A stretch of DNA of 64,000 nt from Candidatus Marinacidobacterales bacterium (GTDB lineage: Bacteria > Acidobacteriota > Vicinamibacteria > Marinacidobacterales > DATDRI01): positions 320,001 to 384,000 of the forward strand of contig OZ244742.1 in assembly GCA_965219415.1 (NCBI GenBank). The letters are read 5' to 3'. Below the pieces are notes generated by a model. That model was not told the origin of the DNA and did no database searches. It was given only the letters and a program-made list of their open reading frames with translations. Made by a program: the position numbers and the translations under genes. This document shows, in pieces, positions 31,760 through 42,216 of the stretch (within the stretch, counting starts at the first letter, position 1; the number at the start of each line of letters is the position of its first letter).

Positions 31760-33232
31760 ATGAAGATAAAGCCCGGGCGACTCGTCGCCGTCGCCATCGT
31801 GGTGTGCTGGGTGGTGGCGTTTAGCATGCACCTTCTACAGAGCGCCCCCACCGGGAACGCCTCGGCGACTATGCTCGACGCCGCATCACCTGCGGAAGCC
31901 GGAATCACTCAGCGAGGAGTTTTCTATCGGGGGAATCGGATTGGTTTCGTGCGAGAAAAGTTTACTCCCCTGAAGGTAGGTGGGCGAGCCGAGCAGGAGG
32001 GACGCTTCACTTTGAACATATTGGGCCAGGAACGGCAATTGGACATCGCCGGATCGGCCACGGTTGGGGCCGGGGGCGAGCTGGACGAGTTTAGCTTTCG
32101 CCTAACCACCGCATCCGATCGCTCCCCTTTCGAGACCGAGGTCACAGGAAAAGTAGAGGGGCAGGTACTGGTCCTCAACATCCGGTCCGGCGACAGCACT
32201 CGGACCGAGCGCCGGCGTCTCCAAGAGCCGCTTGTGCTTCCCCTCAATCTCCATCGGTCTCTAGCCTCCAAGGGATTGGAGCCCGGTCAGGAGTATCGCC
32301 TTCGCTTGCTCGATCCGATGACCCTGACCGAAGGTGAAGCGGAGATCACCGTTCTGGAGAGAGAAATCGTTCGTTGGGGTGGGCACGAAGAGGAAGCTTT
32401 CAGGATTCGTTCTCGGTTCGCGGGCCTCAGTACCACCGCATGGATCAACGCCGAAGGCGAGATACTGAAAGAGGAAACGCCTCTCGGTTGGACCCTGACG
32501 AAGGAAGCACCGGGAAGTGGTCTCCAGGCGAAAAACGACGGCCCGGGGCCCGATATGTTGGCTGCCACTGCCGTTCCCGCCATCGGTTTTGCGGGAGATC
32601 CGAGCTCGTTGAAGGCTGTACGGCTCCGACTGGAGAAGTTTCCGTTCCCGTGGAGCGGGCTGGACGGGGGCCGCCAAACGCTCTCCGAAACCGAGGTGGT
32701 CATCGAAATCGAAAAGCCTCCCTTCTCGGGCGCCGCCACTCTGCCGGATGAAGAACGCCGACAGGCCCTAGCCGCCGACAGTTTCATTCAGTCCGACGAT
32801 CCCGACATCCAGGCGCAAGCCGCTCGACTCACCACAGATCTCTCTCCCACCGAAGCGGCTCGTGTCATCACGAGCTGGGTATACGAGAATGTGCGCAAGA
32901 CCCCCACCCTGTCAGTCCCCAGCGCGCGCGAGGTCCTCGAACAAATGGCCGGAGACTGTAACGAGCACACCGTGCTGTTCACCGCTTTCGCACGAGCATC
33001 GGACATACCGACTAGGATGTGCACCGGCCTCGCCTTCAGTGCGGGTCAGTTTTACTACCATGCTTGGCCGGAAGTCTGGGTCGGGAAGTGGCTGGCTGTC
33101 GATCCAACATTCGGGCAATTCCCCGCCGATCCTCTTCACTTGCGACTCCTTACCGGCGGCCTCGAGCAACAGTTCGAGGTTCTCAAGCTGCTCGGCCGCG
33201 GGGCGAGCGTCGAGATCGTCGAAACGGAATGA
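31760..33232 (+). CDS. Exported/anchored transglutaminase-like protein
   Basis: N-terminal TM segment and triad GDCNEH, YHAW.EV, W..VDPT. Confidence 0.87.
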   Translation: MKIKPGRLVAVAIVVCWVVAFSMHLLQSAPTGNASATMLDAASPAEAGITQRGVFYRGNRIGFVREKFTPLKVGGRAEQEGRFTLNILGQERQLDIAGSATVGAGGELDEFSFRLTTASDRSPFETEVTGKVEGQVLVLNIRSGDSTRTERRRLQEPLVLPLNLHRSLASKGLEPGQEYRLRLLDPMTLTEGEAEITVLEREIVRWGGHEEEAFRIRSRFAGLSTTAWINAEGEILKEETPLGWTLTKEAPGSGLQAKNDGPGPDMLAATAVPAIGFAGDPSSLKAVRLRLEKFPFPWSGLDGGRQTLSETEVVIEIEKPPFSGAATLPDEERRQALAADSFIQSDDPDIQAQAARLTTDLSPTEAARVITSWVYENVRKTPTLSVPSAREVLEQMAGDCNEHTVLFTAFARASDIPTRMCTGLAFSAGQFYYHAWPEVWVGKWLAVDPTFGQFPADPLHLRLLTGGLEQQFEVLKLLGRGASVEIVETE

Positions 33233-33985
33233 TTCAACTCCAAGGGCTGACCAAGAAGTACGGCCAGCAACGTCGCGGTCGATCAACTCAATCTTGATGT
33301 TAAGCCGGGTGAACTCTTCGGTTTCTTGGGCCCGAACGGTGCCGGTAAGACAACGACCATCAAGATGATGGCTGGGCTCTTAAGTCCCACGTCGGGCCGC
33401 ATTGTCCTCGCCGATCACGACCTGGCTCTCGAACCGGAGACGGCCAAGGCGGCCCTGGGTTTCATACCCGATCGTCCATTTCTGTACGAGAAACTCTCTG
33501 CCACCGAATTCCTGCAATTTGTCGCCGGTATCTATGGCATCAACGGGCAGGACGCCGGGCGCCGTATCGACGAGCTTCTGGAGTTGGTCGAGCTACGCGA
33601 GTTCCGTGGAAACCTGATCGAGAGTTTCTCGCATGGAATGAAGCAGCGACTGGTCATGGCTGCGTCCTTTATTCACGACCCGAAGGTTCTGGTAGTCGAC
33701 GAGCCCATGGTGGGGTTGGACCCCAAGGGAGCCCGCCTAATCAAGGACATCTTTCGCGCGCGGTGCCAGAGCGGCGCGACCATCTTCATGTCGACTCACA
33801 CCCTCGAAGTCGCGCAGACCATGTGCGACCGCATCGCCATCATTCTCAAGGGAAAGCTGATCGCTCTCGGATCCATGGATGAGCTTCAGCGCCAAGCGCA
33901 AAGTGAGATTCCAGAGCTCGATCCCATTTTCTTGAAGCTCACCGGGGGGGAAGACTTCCTCGAGGGGGAAGGAACAGGGAGTTGA
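33229..33985 (+). CDS. ABC transporter ATP-binding protein, frameshift near 33265
   Basis: GPNGAGKTT, FSHGMKQ and VVDEP motifs. ATGA overlap with the upstream gene. Confidence 0.9.
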
Positions 33986-35710
33986 CGCTGGCGACGCCGG
34001 AGTTCACTCCTCGCCAAATCCTTCACCTCCTCACTCCCTACGTCCTCGCCGTTCGAAACCGGCGGCGACTGGCAGCCAGGAGCGACGCTCTCCGCTTTGC
34101 ACTCTTCGGCGGAATTACCGTTTTGTTTTCCCTGGGTATTTTCGCCGGTTTCTACCGCATGCTCTTGTACATCGGGCGATTCTCCGAGTTCACTGCCCCG
34201 CTCACCCATCAAGTTTTGGCAACGGTGTCGGTGTTCTTGTTCACGGTCCTCTTCGCCAGCAACGTCGTAACTGCACACTCCACCCAATACGTCTCCGCGG
34301 ACCTGTCGCTGTTGGTCAGCAGCCCCGGTGTCACTGCCGGCACTCTACGGATCCAGACTGGTCCTGACACTGGTTCAGTCTTCTTGGATGGTGCTCATCT
34401 TCAGCTTTCCCGTCTACGTAGCTTTCGCCCTGACATCTCCTACACCGCTTTGGTTTCTCCTCGCGGTGTTGCCGGTTTTGTTCCCCCTACTTGCGATTCC
34501 CGCTGCGCTAGGCACGATGATTACCTCGATGCTCATGCGCGTCTTTCCAGCCCGGAGGGTCCGAGAGTTGCTCATGCTGATCGGAGCTCTTTTCGTGGCC
34601 CTACTGGTGTTCTTGATACGGACTCAGCAACCGGAAAAATTGTTGAAACCGAGCTCTATCTACGACATCAGTGAGTTCTTTTCCGCCTTTCGTGCACCGG
34701 CCTCTCCACTCCTGCCCAGCACTTGGGCGACCGAGATCTTGGCAAGTGCCCGGCAGGGAGATCCCCTCCCGTGGTTCATCTTGTTCCTCCTGTGGTCCAC
34801 AGCAGCAGCGATGGTCATTCTGGGATGTTGGCAGGCACGGGCACTCTACCGACAGGGATACTCTCGCGCCCTGGAAGCGATGCTGGCCCGCTTCACAGCC
34901 GCACCCCTGCTCGATCGCGTACTCGAGCTCGCCACCCGTCCTCTCGAGCTTCAATTTCGCTCCCTACTCTTGAAGGACCTGAAGAGCTTCTTGCGTGATC
35001 CAACTCAGTGGTCACAGCTCTTCCTCCTCTTAGCCCTGGTGGTGGTCTACCTTTACAATTTCAGCGTCCTTCCATCGAATTTCACTTTTGCGACCTTCTT
35101 CCTACAAAACTTGTTCTCGTTCTTGAACCTTGGGTTAGCCGGCTTCGTCCTTTCCGCGGTGGCAGTTCGCTTCGTGTTTACCGCGGTTTCCATCGAGGGC
35201 CAGGCGTTTTGGATCATTCGTAGCTCACCCCTGTCGCTTCGCCGCTTTCTCTGGAGCAAGTTCTGGATCGCACTGCCTCCGCTGCTCGTGCTGTCTCAAA
35301 TCCTGACGTTGGCTTCGAACCAATTTCTCGGCGCGTGGCGATTCATGACGATCCTCGCATCGGTGACTATTTCGTTCGTCTGCTTCGGCATCGTCGGCAT
35401 GGGCGTGGGTATGGGGGCCATGTTTCCACGCTTCCGCTTCGAGAACATCACTCAAATCGCCGGGAGCAGCGGCGGTCTTCTCTACATGATGGCAACGACT
35501 TCCTTCATTGCCCTGGTCCTCTTCTTGGAAGCGCTGCCCGTCTACTTCTATCTGTCCGCCCAGTACCGGGGAGAGCCGCTCGACGTACCGTTGTTGGTCG
35601 CCCTCCTCGCGGTCGGTGCAGTTGGGCTTCTCAACCTGATGGCGGTGGTGCTCCCCATTCGCTGGGGAGAGCGGCGGCGCTGGAGCTTTGACTCGTGGGG
35701 GGCGCTCTAG
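33982..35710 (+). CDS. Putative ABC exporter permease, frameshift near 34330
   Basis: Many TM segments, LLKDLK.F.RD..QWSQ and SIEG..FW.IRSSP motifs. Translationally coupled to the ATPase. Confidence 0.8.
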
Positions 35711-35735
35711 TGCCCTGTATCAGTAACGAAGTCTC

Positions 35736-35997
35736 TCAGTAGTAATGCCGACCGTGCTCGACATGGCACGGCACGTAGTAGCCACGAACCCCGATGTCGA
35801 TGGTAGTACTCGCGATGGCTCTGGTGGGGTCGAAAGTGATGTGCTCCGCGATAATAGCGACAGGCAACGTAATGACCACAGAGAAGCCAGTGATCGTGAT
35901 GGAAGTCTCTCGGTGGTTCGTAATACCCGTAATGGTGATGGGAGCACGCGGCCGCAAGCAAGCTGATCAAGAAGCCTAACGCCAGGAAGAGTCTCAT
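35736..35997 (-). CDS. Small His/Tyr-rich lipoprotein (probable 1-bp frameshift near 35787)
   Basis: GGAGG RBS, signal peptide with lipobox LAAAC, His/Tyr-rich mature region with an internal repeat. Confidence 0.6.
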
Positions 35998-36128
35998 GCT
36001 GGACCTCCGGCGGGGACTCTACGCTTCTATGAGCAAACCTCATACCATTGCGGGCTCGCTCGTAACCCATTATTGAACAGTCAGATAAGGGTTGGCATTC
36101 GGCAGAGATTGTCCCCCGAGAGTGACAC

Positions 36129-37010
36129 TTACGACCGGCGGGCGCGGGGATGATACTGATCGTAGACTCGGCGCAGGCGTTCGCGGCTGACGTGCGTGTA
36201 GATCTGCGTCGTCCCAATGTCCGAATGTCCTAGCATAAGCTGGAGGGAGCGCAAGTCGGCGCCCCTTTCGAGAAGATGCGTGGCGAAGGAGTGACGGACC
36301 ACGTGGGGTGAAAGCCTCCGCCGAATCCCGCACTTTTTTCCGCAGCCTTGAAGGATTTGCCAAAAACGCTGCCGGGTCATGCGGGTCCCCAATCGATTGG
36401 GAAAGACCCACGGCCCGGTCTTGGCGGAGAGCTCGGAGCGACCTCGACTCAGGTACCGACGGAGCCACTTTGCCGCGGAACGCCCCAGCGGAACGATCCG
36501 TTCTTTTCTCCCTTTGCCCTTGCAACGGAGATATCCGGCATCGATATAGAGGTCGTCGAGGCGTAGCGAGACCAACTCCGAAACTCGAAGCCCAGTGGCG
36601 TAAAGCGTCTCCAACATCGTGCGGTCGCGAAGCCCCGACGGAGTTTTAGTATCCGGCGCGGCCAGAATCTGGTCTACCTCCTCGAGTGAGAGATACCGCG
36701 GGAGACTGCGTGGCACTCGGGGCGATTCGACCTGTTCCGTCGGGTCCACCGCAGCGATGCGCTCGGCCGCTGCGAAACGATAGAGCCCTTTGGCGGCCGA
36801 TAGGGCCCGCGCGATAGAGCGGTGGGAAAGACCTTGGCGGTGAAGTTGACGAAGGAAACTGCGAATATCGGAAGCGGTCAGCTGGTCGAGTTTTTTTCCG
36901 TTGTCTCGGGCAAACACCTCGAGCTTTGCCAAATCCCGCCGGTAGGCAGAGATGGTGTTTTCCGACAGACCTCTCTCTACCTCGAGGTATTCAAGAAAGG
37001 ATTTCTTCAA
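36129..37010 (-). CDS. xerD: Tyrosine recombinase XerD
   Basis: LS.NT..AY.RDL, LYATGLRVSEL, H..RHSFATHLL and LGH.DI.TTQIYTH motifs. Confidence 0.92.
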   Translation of the reverse strand: MKKSFLEYLEVERGLSENTISAYRRDLAKLEVFARDNGKKLDQLTASDIRSFLRQLHRQGLSHRSIARALSAAKGLYRFAAAERIAAVDPTEQVESPRVPRSLPRYLSLEEVDQILAAPDTKTPSGLRDRTMLETLYATGLRVSELVSLRLDDLYIDAGYLRCKGKGRKERIVPLGRSAAKWLRRYLSRGRSELSAKTGPWVFPNRLGTRMTRQRFWQILQGCGKKCGIRRRLSPHVVRHSFATHLLERGADLRSLQLMLGHSDIGTTQIYTHVSRERLRRVYDQYHPRARRS

Positions 37011-37804
37011 AAGCGAGCCGCTACTCCGAAATACGCGCCCGCCAAGCGAAAAATCTCCCGCCTTCCGGGCCGATCTATGCGCGCATATCTGTTCTCGTAT
37101 CCTATGGAGACCGCGAAATATTGATTGAAGTTGAAAAAGAACGTAGCGTCCAAGTTGGTCAGGACCCCGGTCCCCCCTTTCTTCATTCCGCTAGCCTCGA
37201 CAACGATGGCCGCGGCCGGTGTAAGGTAGACCTTAACCTTGAGCCCGAGCGTCAGAAGCGCCACCTCCCGCCTTCCGAGAGCCGCAGCGCCACCGTTCGA
37301 GCCCCTTATCGCCGTGTCGGCACGAAAGCGCGTGTAGTCGCCGACCACCGAAAAGATGAATTCGCGGGTGGCGTAAAGATCTCCCTCCGCCCCGATCGTC
37401 GTGTACTCGATAGTGAGTGCGGAATCCATATCCGTCAGAGCTGGAAAAGTCACGCCCCCAATGGTTAGCTTGCGGCGAATCGTTGCGCTTCCAGCGTAGT
37501 CTCGTTTCAAGTAGGAGCCCCTCGCCTTCAGAAAACGCATGATCCGCACTGTGCCCATGGAGAGGTTGATCCGCTCGTCTGGCACGTTCAAATCATCACC
37601 CAATGAGATATTTGTCGAGCCAGGACCGATCTCGAGCTCGGTGGTATGTTTGGCGTTCCAATTACGATACTGGAACTCGACTCGGAAGAATTCGCCGTAG
37701 CCGGTACCAGCAGACCGACCGGGAGCGCGCCGCTGTTGAGCGTTCACATAGCCGACCGACAACAAAACGAAAACAAGTAGAAGCCCCGTTCGGCCCAATC
37801 TCAT
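37007..37804 (-). CDS. Probable outer-membrane beta-barrel protein
   Basis: Signal peptide, alternating-residue strands, C-terminal YFGVAARF. Confidence 0.65.
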   Translation of the reverse strand: MRLGRTGLLLVFVLLSVGYVNAQQRRAPGRSAGTGYGEFFRVEFQYRNWNAKHTTELEIGPGSTNISLGDDLNVPDERINLSMGTVRIMRFLKARGSYLKRDYAGSATIRRKLTIGGVTFPALTDMDSALTIEYTTIGAEGDLYATREFIFSVVGDYTRFRADTAIRGSNGGAAALGRREVALLTLGLKVKVYLTPAAAIVVEASGMKKGGTGVLTNLDATFFFNFNQYFAVSIGYENRYARIDRPGRREIFRLAGAYFGVAARF

Positions 37805-39540
37805 GACACCTCCATATCGCGCCCTCGGCCGTTGAGGGCTCGTAGCGCTTGATTCATTTCACGGACACGCAGAACCTTGCACACCCCATAGAGCACGACC
37901 AACGCGAAGCCTATCGAAGCGCCCACTTGTGCAAGGCGGGGCAAGAGTGTGTCGTGACCGAGCCAGCTATCGAAGAACTCGCTGGTACCCGCGGCCACCG
38001 CTCCCATGACCGCCGACGCGATGATCATCTTCCACATCATCGTCAAGGCCGCCCCTCCCCCTAGCCCGGCCAATCCACTTCGGCGGCGCAATAGAACCCA
38101 CAGCCAGCCTAGAGATAGAGTCATCGTACACGAAGTCGAGAGAGCCAAGCCGCGATGGTCCATAGCCAAGACGGCGATGAAGAACCAGTTTAGCCCGGCG
38201 TTGGCGATCATGCTCAAGATACTGACTACCAACGGCGCCCGAATGTCCTGAAGCGCGTAGAACCCGTCGGTCACGATTTTGACCGCCGCGTAGCTGGTCA
38301 GCCCCAGCGCGTAGAAAACGAGTGCCGCTGCCACCTGTTGGGTATCGTTTGCCTCGAACCGCCCTCGTTCATAGATGAGGCGTACGATGGGCTCGGCCAG
38401 GACGATCAGCCCGACCGACGCCGGAATCATGAACAGCAACACCAGCCGCATGGCGTGGGAGAAATTCTCCCGAAACACCGTTTTGTCGTTGTGCGCCACC
38501 GCTCTGCTCAGAGCGGGCAATGTCGCGACCGATACCGACACGCCGACCAATCCAATCGGTAGATGCAAGAGGCGGAACGATTGACTGATCCAAGACAACC
38601 AGCCAGAGCCCAAAGAGGCGAAGATCGAGTTGATGAAGACGTTCACCTGTACGGTTGCGGCGACCAATGCCCCGGGACCGAACAAGCGAATGACTTTCTG
38701 GAAACTCGCATCTCGAAAGTTGAGCGTCGTGCGATAGCGATAGCCCTGTTTCCACAGCGCCGGCACCTGCCACAATAGCTGGAACACGCCACCAGCAAGT
38801 ACTCCCACCGCCATCCCCACCGTGGGATGCTGCCCCAAACGCGGTGCAACAAAGTAACCGACCACGCCCACCACAATCGATCCCAGGTTGAAGAACATGG
38901 AAGCCATGGCCGGTACGATGAACTTCCCACGAGCGTTCAAGAACCCCATGGCCACCGCCGCCACGCTGACCAGAAGCAGAAAGGGAAACATGATCTGCGT
39001 CAAGAAGACGGTCAGCTCGCGCTTGCTCTCGAAGCCGAAGCCTTCATCTGCGGGAAGAGGCAGATTGAAGCCGTTGCCGGGCAGCATAGCGTTCACGATC
39101 TCTTCGGAGAAATAGATCCCCAGCAATGTCGCGATGCCAACCACGACGAGCAAAGCGTTCAGCACCAAATTAGCGAGGCGAACACCTGCTTCCTCACCCT
39201 CTTTCTCGCCGACCTCGCTGAAAGTAGTCACGAACGCCTTGCTGAGAGCTCCTTCGCCAAACATGTCCCGCAGCAAGTTCGGGATGCGGAAGGCCGCATA
39301 AAAGGCATCTAGGCCGGCGCCGGTACGGAAAAAGTAGGCAAGCACCATTTCGCGGACGAGGCCAAGCACACGCGAACCCATCACGCCGATGCCGACCGTC
39401 CCCGCGGAGCGCGTCAGCTTCTCGGTGGAGTCACCCGATCCGCCGCCTACCGAGTTTAGGGGGCTAGATTCTGTCGAGGAAGGAGAATGATGGCTTGATT
39501 TCGCGTGGATTTGCCTCTTAGTTGGAGAAGAGGACATCAA
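37801..39540 (-). CDS. murJ: Lipid II flippase MurJ
   Basis: SRVLGLVRE, DAFYAAFRIPNLLRD.FGEGALS and LYERG.F motifs. Confidence 0.95.
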   Translation of the reverse strand: MMSSSPTKRQIHAKSSHHSPSSTESSPLNSVGGGSGDSTEKLTRSAGTVGIGVMGSRVLGLVREMVLAYFFRTGAGLDAFYAAFRIPNLLRDMFGEGALSKAFVTTFSEVGEKEGEEAGVRLANLVLNALLVVVGIATLLGIYFSEEIVNAMLPGNGFNLPLPADEGFGFESKRELTVFLTQIMFPFLLLVSVAAVAMGFLNARGKFIVPAMASMFFNLGSIVVGVVGYFVAPRLGQHPTVGMAVGVLAGGVFQLLWQVPALWKQGYRYRTTLNFRDASFQKVIRLFGPGALVAATVQVNVFINSIFASLGSGWLSWISQSFRLLHLPIGLVGVSVSVATLPALSRAVAHNDKTVFRENFSHAMRLVLLFMIPASVGLIVLAEPIVRLIYERGRFEANDTQQVAAALVFYALGLTSYAAVKIVTDGFYALQDIRAPLVVSILSMIANAGLNWFFIAVLAMDHRGLALSTSCTMTLSLGWLWVLLRRRSGLAGLGGGAALTMMWKMIIASAVMGAVAAGTSEFFDSWLGHDTLLPRLAQVGASIGFALVVLYGVCKVLRVREMNQALRALNGRGRDMEVS

Positions 39541-39689
39541 GTTTCGTCATTATAATGATCGCCAGTGGGACAAGCAAGAACCGTCCGAGACCGGTGAACC
39601 GCCATAAACACTCATATGGAACAGTTTATTTCCGTGGTATCTTAGTCATCGAAAGGTCCGTTCCGATTCGTTCCTTCTGAGTAAGCCCG

Positions 39690-42107
39690 ATGCCGTGGCT
39701 CTTCGTCGCCTTCGCGCTCGTCCTGGCCATCAATTTGGCTTATCGCGGCCACGGATATTGGGCGTGGGTCCTGGGCGGCCTGATGCTCGTTCCCGCCGGC
39801 TGGTCAGCCGGGTTCACACCCGACATGTGGACGATCCTCGCGGTGTTGTTTGGCCTGTTGGCGACAATCTTCGGGATCCCGGCCATCCGCCGGCAAATCG
39901 TCACCCGTCCTCTGATGCCGGCCTTTGCGTCGGCCCTTCCGCGAATGGGAGAAACCGAGCGCGTGGCTCTCGACGCCGGCACCGTCTGGTGGGACGGCGA
40001 CCTCTTCTCCGGTAATCCCGACTGGCAGAAACTTCTCGACTTCCAGATACCGGGCCTCTCGGAACGAGAGCGAGCATTCCTCGAAGGACCGGTCGAAGAG
40101 CTCTGTGGGATGTTGAACGAATGGGAGATCACTCAAGCTCGCCGGCTACCTCCCGAAGCGTGGGAATTGATGAAGAAGCATCGCTTCTTGGGGATGATCA
40201 TTCCCGAAGAGTATGGCGGCCTGGGCTTTTCTGCGCGAGCCCATTCCGCAGTGCTGATCAAGGTCGCGAGCCGAAGTATTGCCGCGGCGGTCACGGTGAT
40301 GGTACCCAATTCTTTGGGACCGGCCGAGCTTCTCCTCCACTACGGCACCGACGAGCAGAAGCGATATTATTTGCCCCGGCTCGCGAGTGGTGAAGAAATT
40401 CCCTGCTTCGCGTTGACCGGTCCAGAAGCGGGAAGCGACGCCGCCGCGACTCAGAGCATCGGGGTCGTTTGTCGAGGCCAATTCGAAGGTAAAGAAGTAC
40501 TGGGCATGCGGCTCGACTGGAAAAAACGCTACATAACCCTGGGGCCGATAGCGACGGTCATCGGTTTGGCTTTTCGGCTCAAGGATCCGGATGGCCTCTT
40601 GGGTGACTCCGAAGACCTGGGCATTACCTGCGCTCTCATACCGGCGAGGTTGCCCGGTGTCAAGATCGGCGATCGACATGACCCTATGGGCGTCGCCTTC
40701 CAAAACGGTCCGAACTATGGTCACGACGTATTCGTGCCCCTCGATTTCATCATCGGAGGGGAGAAGATGGCGGGCAAGGGCTGGCGCATGCTCATGGAAA
40801 GTCTGGCAGTGGGCAGGGGCATCTCTCTACCTTCCCTCTCCGTCGGCGCGGCAGAGCTCTCCACTCGGTTGGTGGGAGCTTACGCTACCGTGCGCGAGCA
40901 GTTCGATACCCCGATCGGTCGCTTCGAGGGAATAGAGGAACCCTTGGCGCGAATAGGCGGGCTCACCTATCTCATGAACGCGGCTCGCAAGTTGACCCTC
41001 GGCGCCATCGATCACGGGGAAAAACCGTCGGTCATTTCGGCCATCGTCAAAGCCTATTTCACCGAAAGCATGCGGACCGTGGTAAACGACGCCATGGACA
41101 TCCGGGCCGGTGCCGCCATCAGCCGAGGTCCTCGAAACACGCTCGAACCGATCTTCAAGTCCGTCCCCATCGCCATCACCGTGGAGGGGGCCAATATCTT
41201 GACTCGGTCGATGATCATCTACGGGCAGGGCGCCATCCGATGCCATCCGTACGTTCAAGAAGAAATGCAAGCTATCGCAGCGGGCGATCTCACCAGTTTC
41301 GACCGTGCCTTCTTCAAACACATGGCGTTTGCCACCAAGAACTCCACCCGCTCCTTCCTCCTCGGCCTCACTGGCGGGAGGCTCGCCGGTACCCCGGGAA
41401 GAGGCAAGATCAAAACTTATTTTCAACGCCTCAGCCGCATGAGTAGTGCCTTCGCCATCGTCTCCGGTGTGGCGATGGCGACGCTGGGTGGCCGCCTCAA
41501 GCGCAAGGAGAAAATCAGCGCGCGGCTCGCAGATGCTCTCGCTTGGATGTTTCTCGCTTCCGCCTCCCTTAAACAATTCTTCGACGACGGCCAACCCAAG
41601 CGAGATCTCCCGTTCGTGTCGTGGTCCTGCGAGCATGCCTTGTTTCAGATTCAATTCGCCCTACTCGGAATCATGGATAATCTCCCGAGCCGGCCCGCTT
41701 CTTGGTTGCTCCGCATCCTCGTCTTCCCGCTGGGTGCCCGGCTGCGACCCCCGAGCGATCGACTCGGTGGCGCGGTGGCTCGGGGTCTTCTAGAGGACCG
41801 CGACGCGCGGATTCAACTGACGAAGGATATCTTCATCCCCGGACCGGACGAGCCCGGTCTTGGGAAACTGGAGGCGGCGCTGGATAAGGCCGTAGCCGCA
41901 TCGGCCGTGGAGACGAAGATTCGCGATGCCGTCCGCTCCGGACTCCTCGACCGCGCCCCCGGCGACCAGCTCCTGAATCTCGCGGTAAACGCCGGAATCA
42001 TCAACGAGGAAGAGCGCCAAAAAGTGCTCGCTGCGGATGAAGCTCGTGCCGAGGTCATTCAAGTGGATTCCTTCGATCCGGAAACCTTCCTGAACCTCAA
42101 CGTCTGA
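39690..42107 (+). CDS. fadE: Long acyl-CoA dehydrogenase of FadE type
   Basis: ALDAG.VWWD, MVPNSLGP.ELL, FALT.PEAGSDA and ITVEGANILTR motifs, plus a C-terminal extension. Confidence 0.92.
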   Translation: MPWLFVAFALVLAINLAYRGHGYWAWVLGGLMLVPAGWSAGFTPDMWTILAVLFGLLATIFGIPAIRRQIVTRPLMPAFASALPRMGETERVALDAGTVWWDGDLFSGNPDWQKLLDFQIPGLSERERAFLEGPVEELCGMLNEWEITQARRLPPEAWELMKKHRFLGMIIPEEYGGLGFSARAHSAVLIKVASRSIAAAVTVMVPNSLGPAELLLHYGTDEQKRYYLPRLASGEEIPCFALTGPEAGSDAAATQSIGVVCRGQFEGKEVLGMRLDWKKRYITLGPIATVIGLAFRLKDPDGLLGDSEDLGITCALIPARLPGVKIGDRHDPMGVAFQNGPNYGHDVFVPLDFIIGGEKMAGKGWRMLMESLAVGRGISLPSLSVGAAELSTRLVGAYATVREQFDTPIGRFEGIEEPLARIGGLTYLMNAARKLTLGAIDHGEKPSVISAIVKAYFTESMRTVVNDAMDIRAGAAISRGPRNTLEPIFKSVPIAITVEGANILTRSMIIYGQGAIRCHPYVQEEMQAIAAGDLTSFDRAFFKHMAFATKNSTRSFLLGLTGGRLAGTPGRGKIKTYFQRLSRMSSAFAIVSGVAMATLGGRLKRKEKISARLADALAWMFLASASLKQFFDDGQPKRDLPFVSWSCEHALFQIQFALLGIMDNLPSRPASWLLRILVFPLGARLRPPSDRLGGAVARGLLEDRDARIQLTKDIFIPGPDEPGLGKLEAALDKAVAASAVETKIRDAVRSGLLDRAPGDQLLNLAVNAGIINEEERQKVLAADEARAEVIQVDSFDPETFLNLNV

Positions 42108-42130
42108 ACTGACGACTGGCGCCTCCCTCT

Positions 42131-42198
42131 GCTGGGCGTCAAGACAGGTGAGCTTCCAGAATCCACGTGGCCAGACGCCCCTGTGAATCCTGTCTAAA
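42131..42198 (+). repeat. Repeat copy forming the left inverted repeat of the Mrp-like operon
   Basis: GTGGCCAGACGCCCCTGTGAATCCTGTCTAAA at 42167-42198. Confidence 0.8.
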
Positions 42199-42216
42199 CA
42201 GCGAGACGAACTGCCC

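Noticed and set aside
36129-37010. Tyrosine recombinase as an integrase driving the inverted-repeat-flanked segment
   Set aside because: It looks like housekeeping XerD in an operon with murJ, and the repeats do not resemble dif sites.
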